Shown here piece by piece: positions 25,668-26,276 of a stretch of DNA of 26,276 nt. The first letter of the stretch is position 1. Each line of letters starts with the position of its first letter. The notes beneath the pieces were generated by a model. It did not search any database and was not told where the DNA came from. It worked only from the letters and a program-made list of their open reading frames with translations. The translations under genes were made by a program, and so were the position numbers. This DNA is from a virus (Duplodnaviria > Caudoviricetes). The stretch spans positions 1 through 26,276 of IMG/VR virus record IMGVR_UViG_3300046779_000442. One strand, 5' to 3'.

Positions 25668-26054
25668 TTATAAACTTCCTCCTGTGACATCTCCAAGTAC
25701 AGAAATAGTTCCTAGGAGGGGTGTCCAGACTTTTTCACCATTAATAGTTACTTCAAGATCAAAGACTAGCTCTGCTACGATAGAAGAACTTCCTTCTCCC
25801 CAATTTCTTGTTACATCAGATGATGCAATAATATCTACATACCCATCAGAAACAACTACCTCTAAGTCATCTAGAATCTCTCCTCTAGAATCATAGGCAG
25901 ACGAAGAAAACTCCCAATCAGAGATATCTATAAAGGTTACTTCATCGTTTTCTAAAAATTCAACACGAAGCTCAGCAGTATCTCCTCTAACAACATTCCA
26001 TTTGATTGTTGCAGGTTTACTACCTAGTTCTTGTATAGAATTGCATTGAGTCAT
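25668..26054 (-). CDS. Small beta-sandwich adaptor protein (BppU-N-like), paralog 3
   Basis: WNVVRGDTAELRV...LVFDLEV...VWTPLLGTISVLGDVT; TGATATAAT 9 nt before the ATG. Confidence 0.7.
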   Translation of the reverse strand: MTQCNSIQELGSKPATIKWNVVRGDTAELRVEFLENDEVTFIDISDWEFSSSAYDSRGEILDDLEVVVSDGYVDIIASSDVTRNWGEGSSSIVAELVFDLEVTINGEKVWTPLLGTISVLGDVTGGSL

Positions 26055-26074
26055 AGTACTTAAATTATATCATC

Positions 26075-26132
26075 AAAAATAAAAAACTAGTGCTCAGGGC
26101 GGTGGGTATGAGAGACAACCCTGAACACTAGT
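26075..26132 (-). ncRNA. Candidate ~58-nt hairpin small RNA (alternatively an intrinsic terminator)
   Basis: Inverted repeat 26086-26099/26119-26132; its one mismatch is a G-U pair only on the minus strand. Followed by TTTTTTATTTTT; TGATATACT ends 6 nt before the first stem base. Confidence 0.55.
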
Positions 26133-26234
26133 AACATAAGTATATCATAAATAACAAAACGATAACTTCGTTGATTTTAAAGGGGTTGCTAAATTGTTAT
26201 AAAAATCGTTATAAAACTTTTATCAAAAAATGAC

Positions 26235-26265
26235 TTGACAAGAACGATTTGTGTGTTAGCATAAT
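26235..26265 (+). promoter_or_regulatory. Possible sigma70-type promoter pointing out of the window
   Basis: TTGACA at 26235-26240, then TGT-TAGCAT (16-nt spacer) or CATAAT (19-nt spacer). Confidence 0.5.
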
Positions 26266-26276
26266 ATATATTAATT

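Noticed and set aside
2198-25896. The remaining short plus-strand and alternative-frame ORFs in the track (e.g. 5333-5704, 13162-13479, 14855-15232, 21741-22046)
   Set aside because: All lie within longer, motif-supported minus-strand genes and lack an RBS or recognisable motifs.
26086-26132. tRNA, or a plus-strand micro-ORF (MRDNPEH)
   Set aside because: A single stem-loop with no cloverleaf or T-loop motif. The 7-codon ORF has no supporting promoter, and G-U pairing favours the minus-strand RNA.

Overview
This is a ~26-kb structural-gene region of a large tailed dsDNA phage, read almost entirely on the minus strand. An actinobacterial host is inferred from leaderless-type promoters, a PASTA domain and an NlpC/P60 lipoprotein. 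The window holds a prohead protease/scaffold (running off the left edge), a portal, a 1229-aa structural protein and about 15 fibre/adaptor-type genes. Embedded among them are seven P4H-like 2OG-Fe(II) oxygenases and two DUF6065-like genes. The main signal is a cassette that occurs twice: a fibre gene ending in a shared '...W-x-x-x-GDL-x-A' domain, then a small FN3- or PASTA-domain protein with a Pro/aromatic repeat tail capped by cysteines, then hydroxylase gene(s). This suggests a dedicated system for post-translational modification of virion appendage tips (inference). Other signals are a recurrent TG(N)TATAAT -10 box 6-7 nt before many ATGs, a candidate ~58-nt hairpin sRNA with its own promoter and U-tract, a 23-codon leader ORF with alternative stems before the only plus-strand gene, and an in-frame nested scaffold start. 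All family assignments come from motif recognition by eye; no database searches were run.
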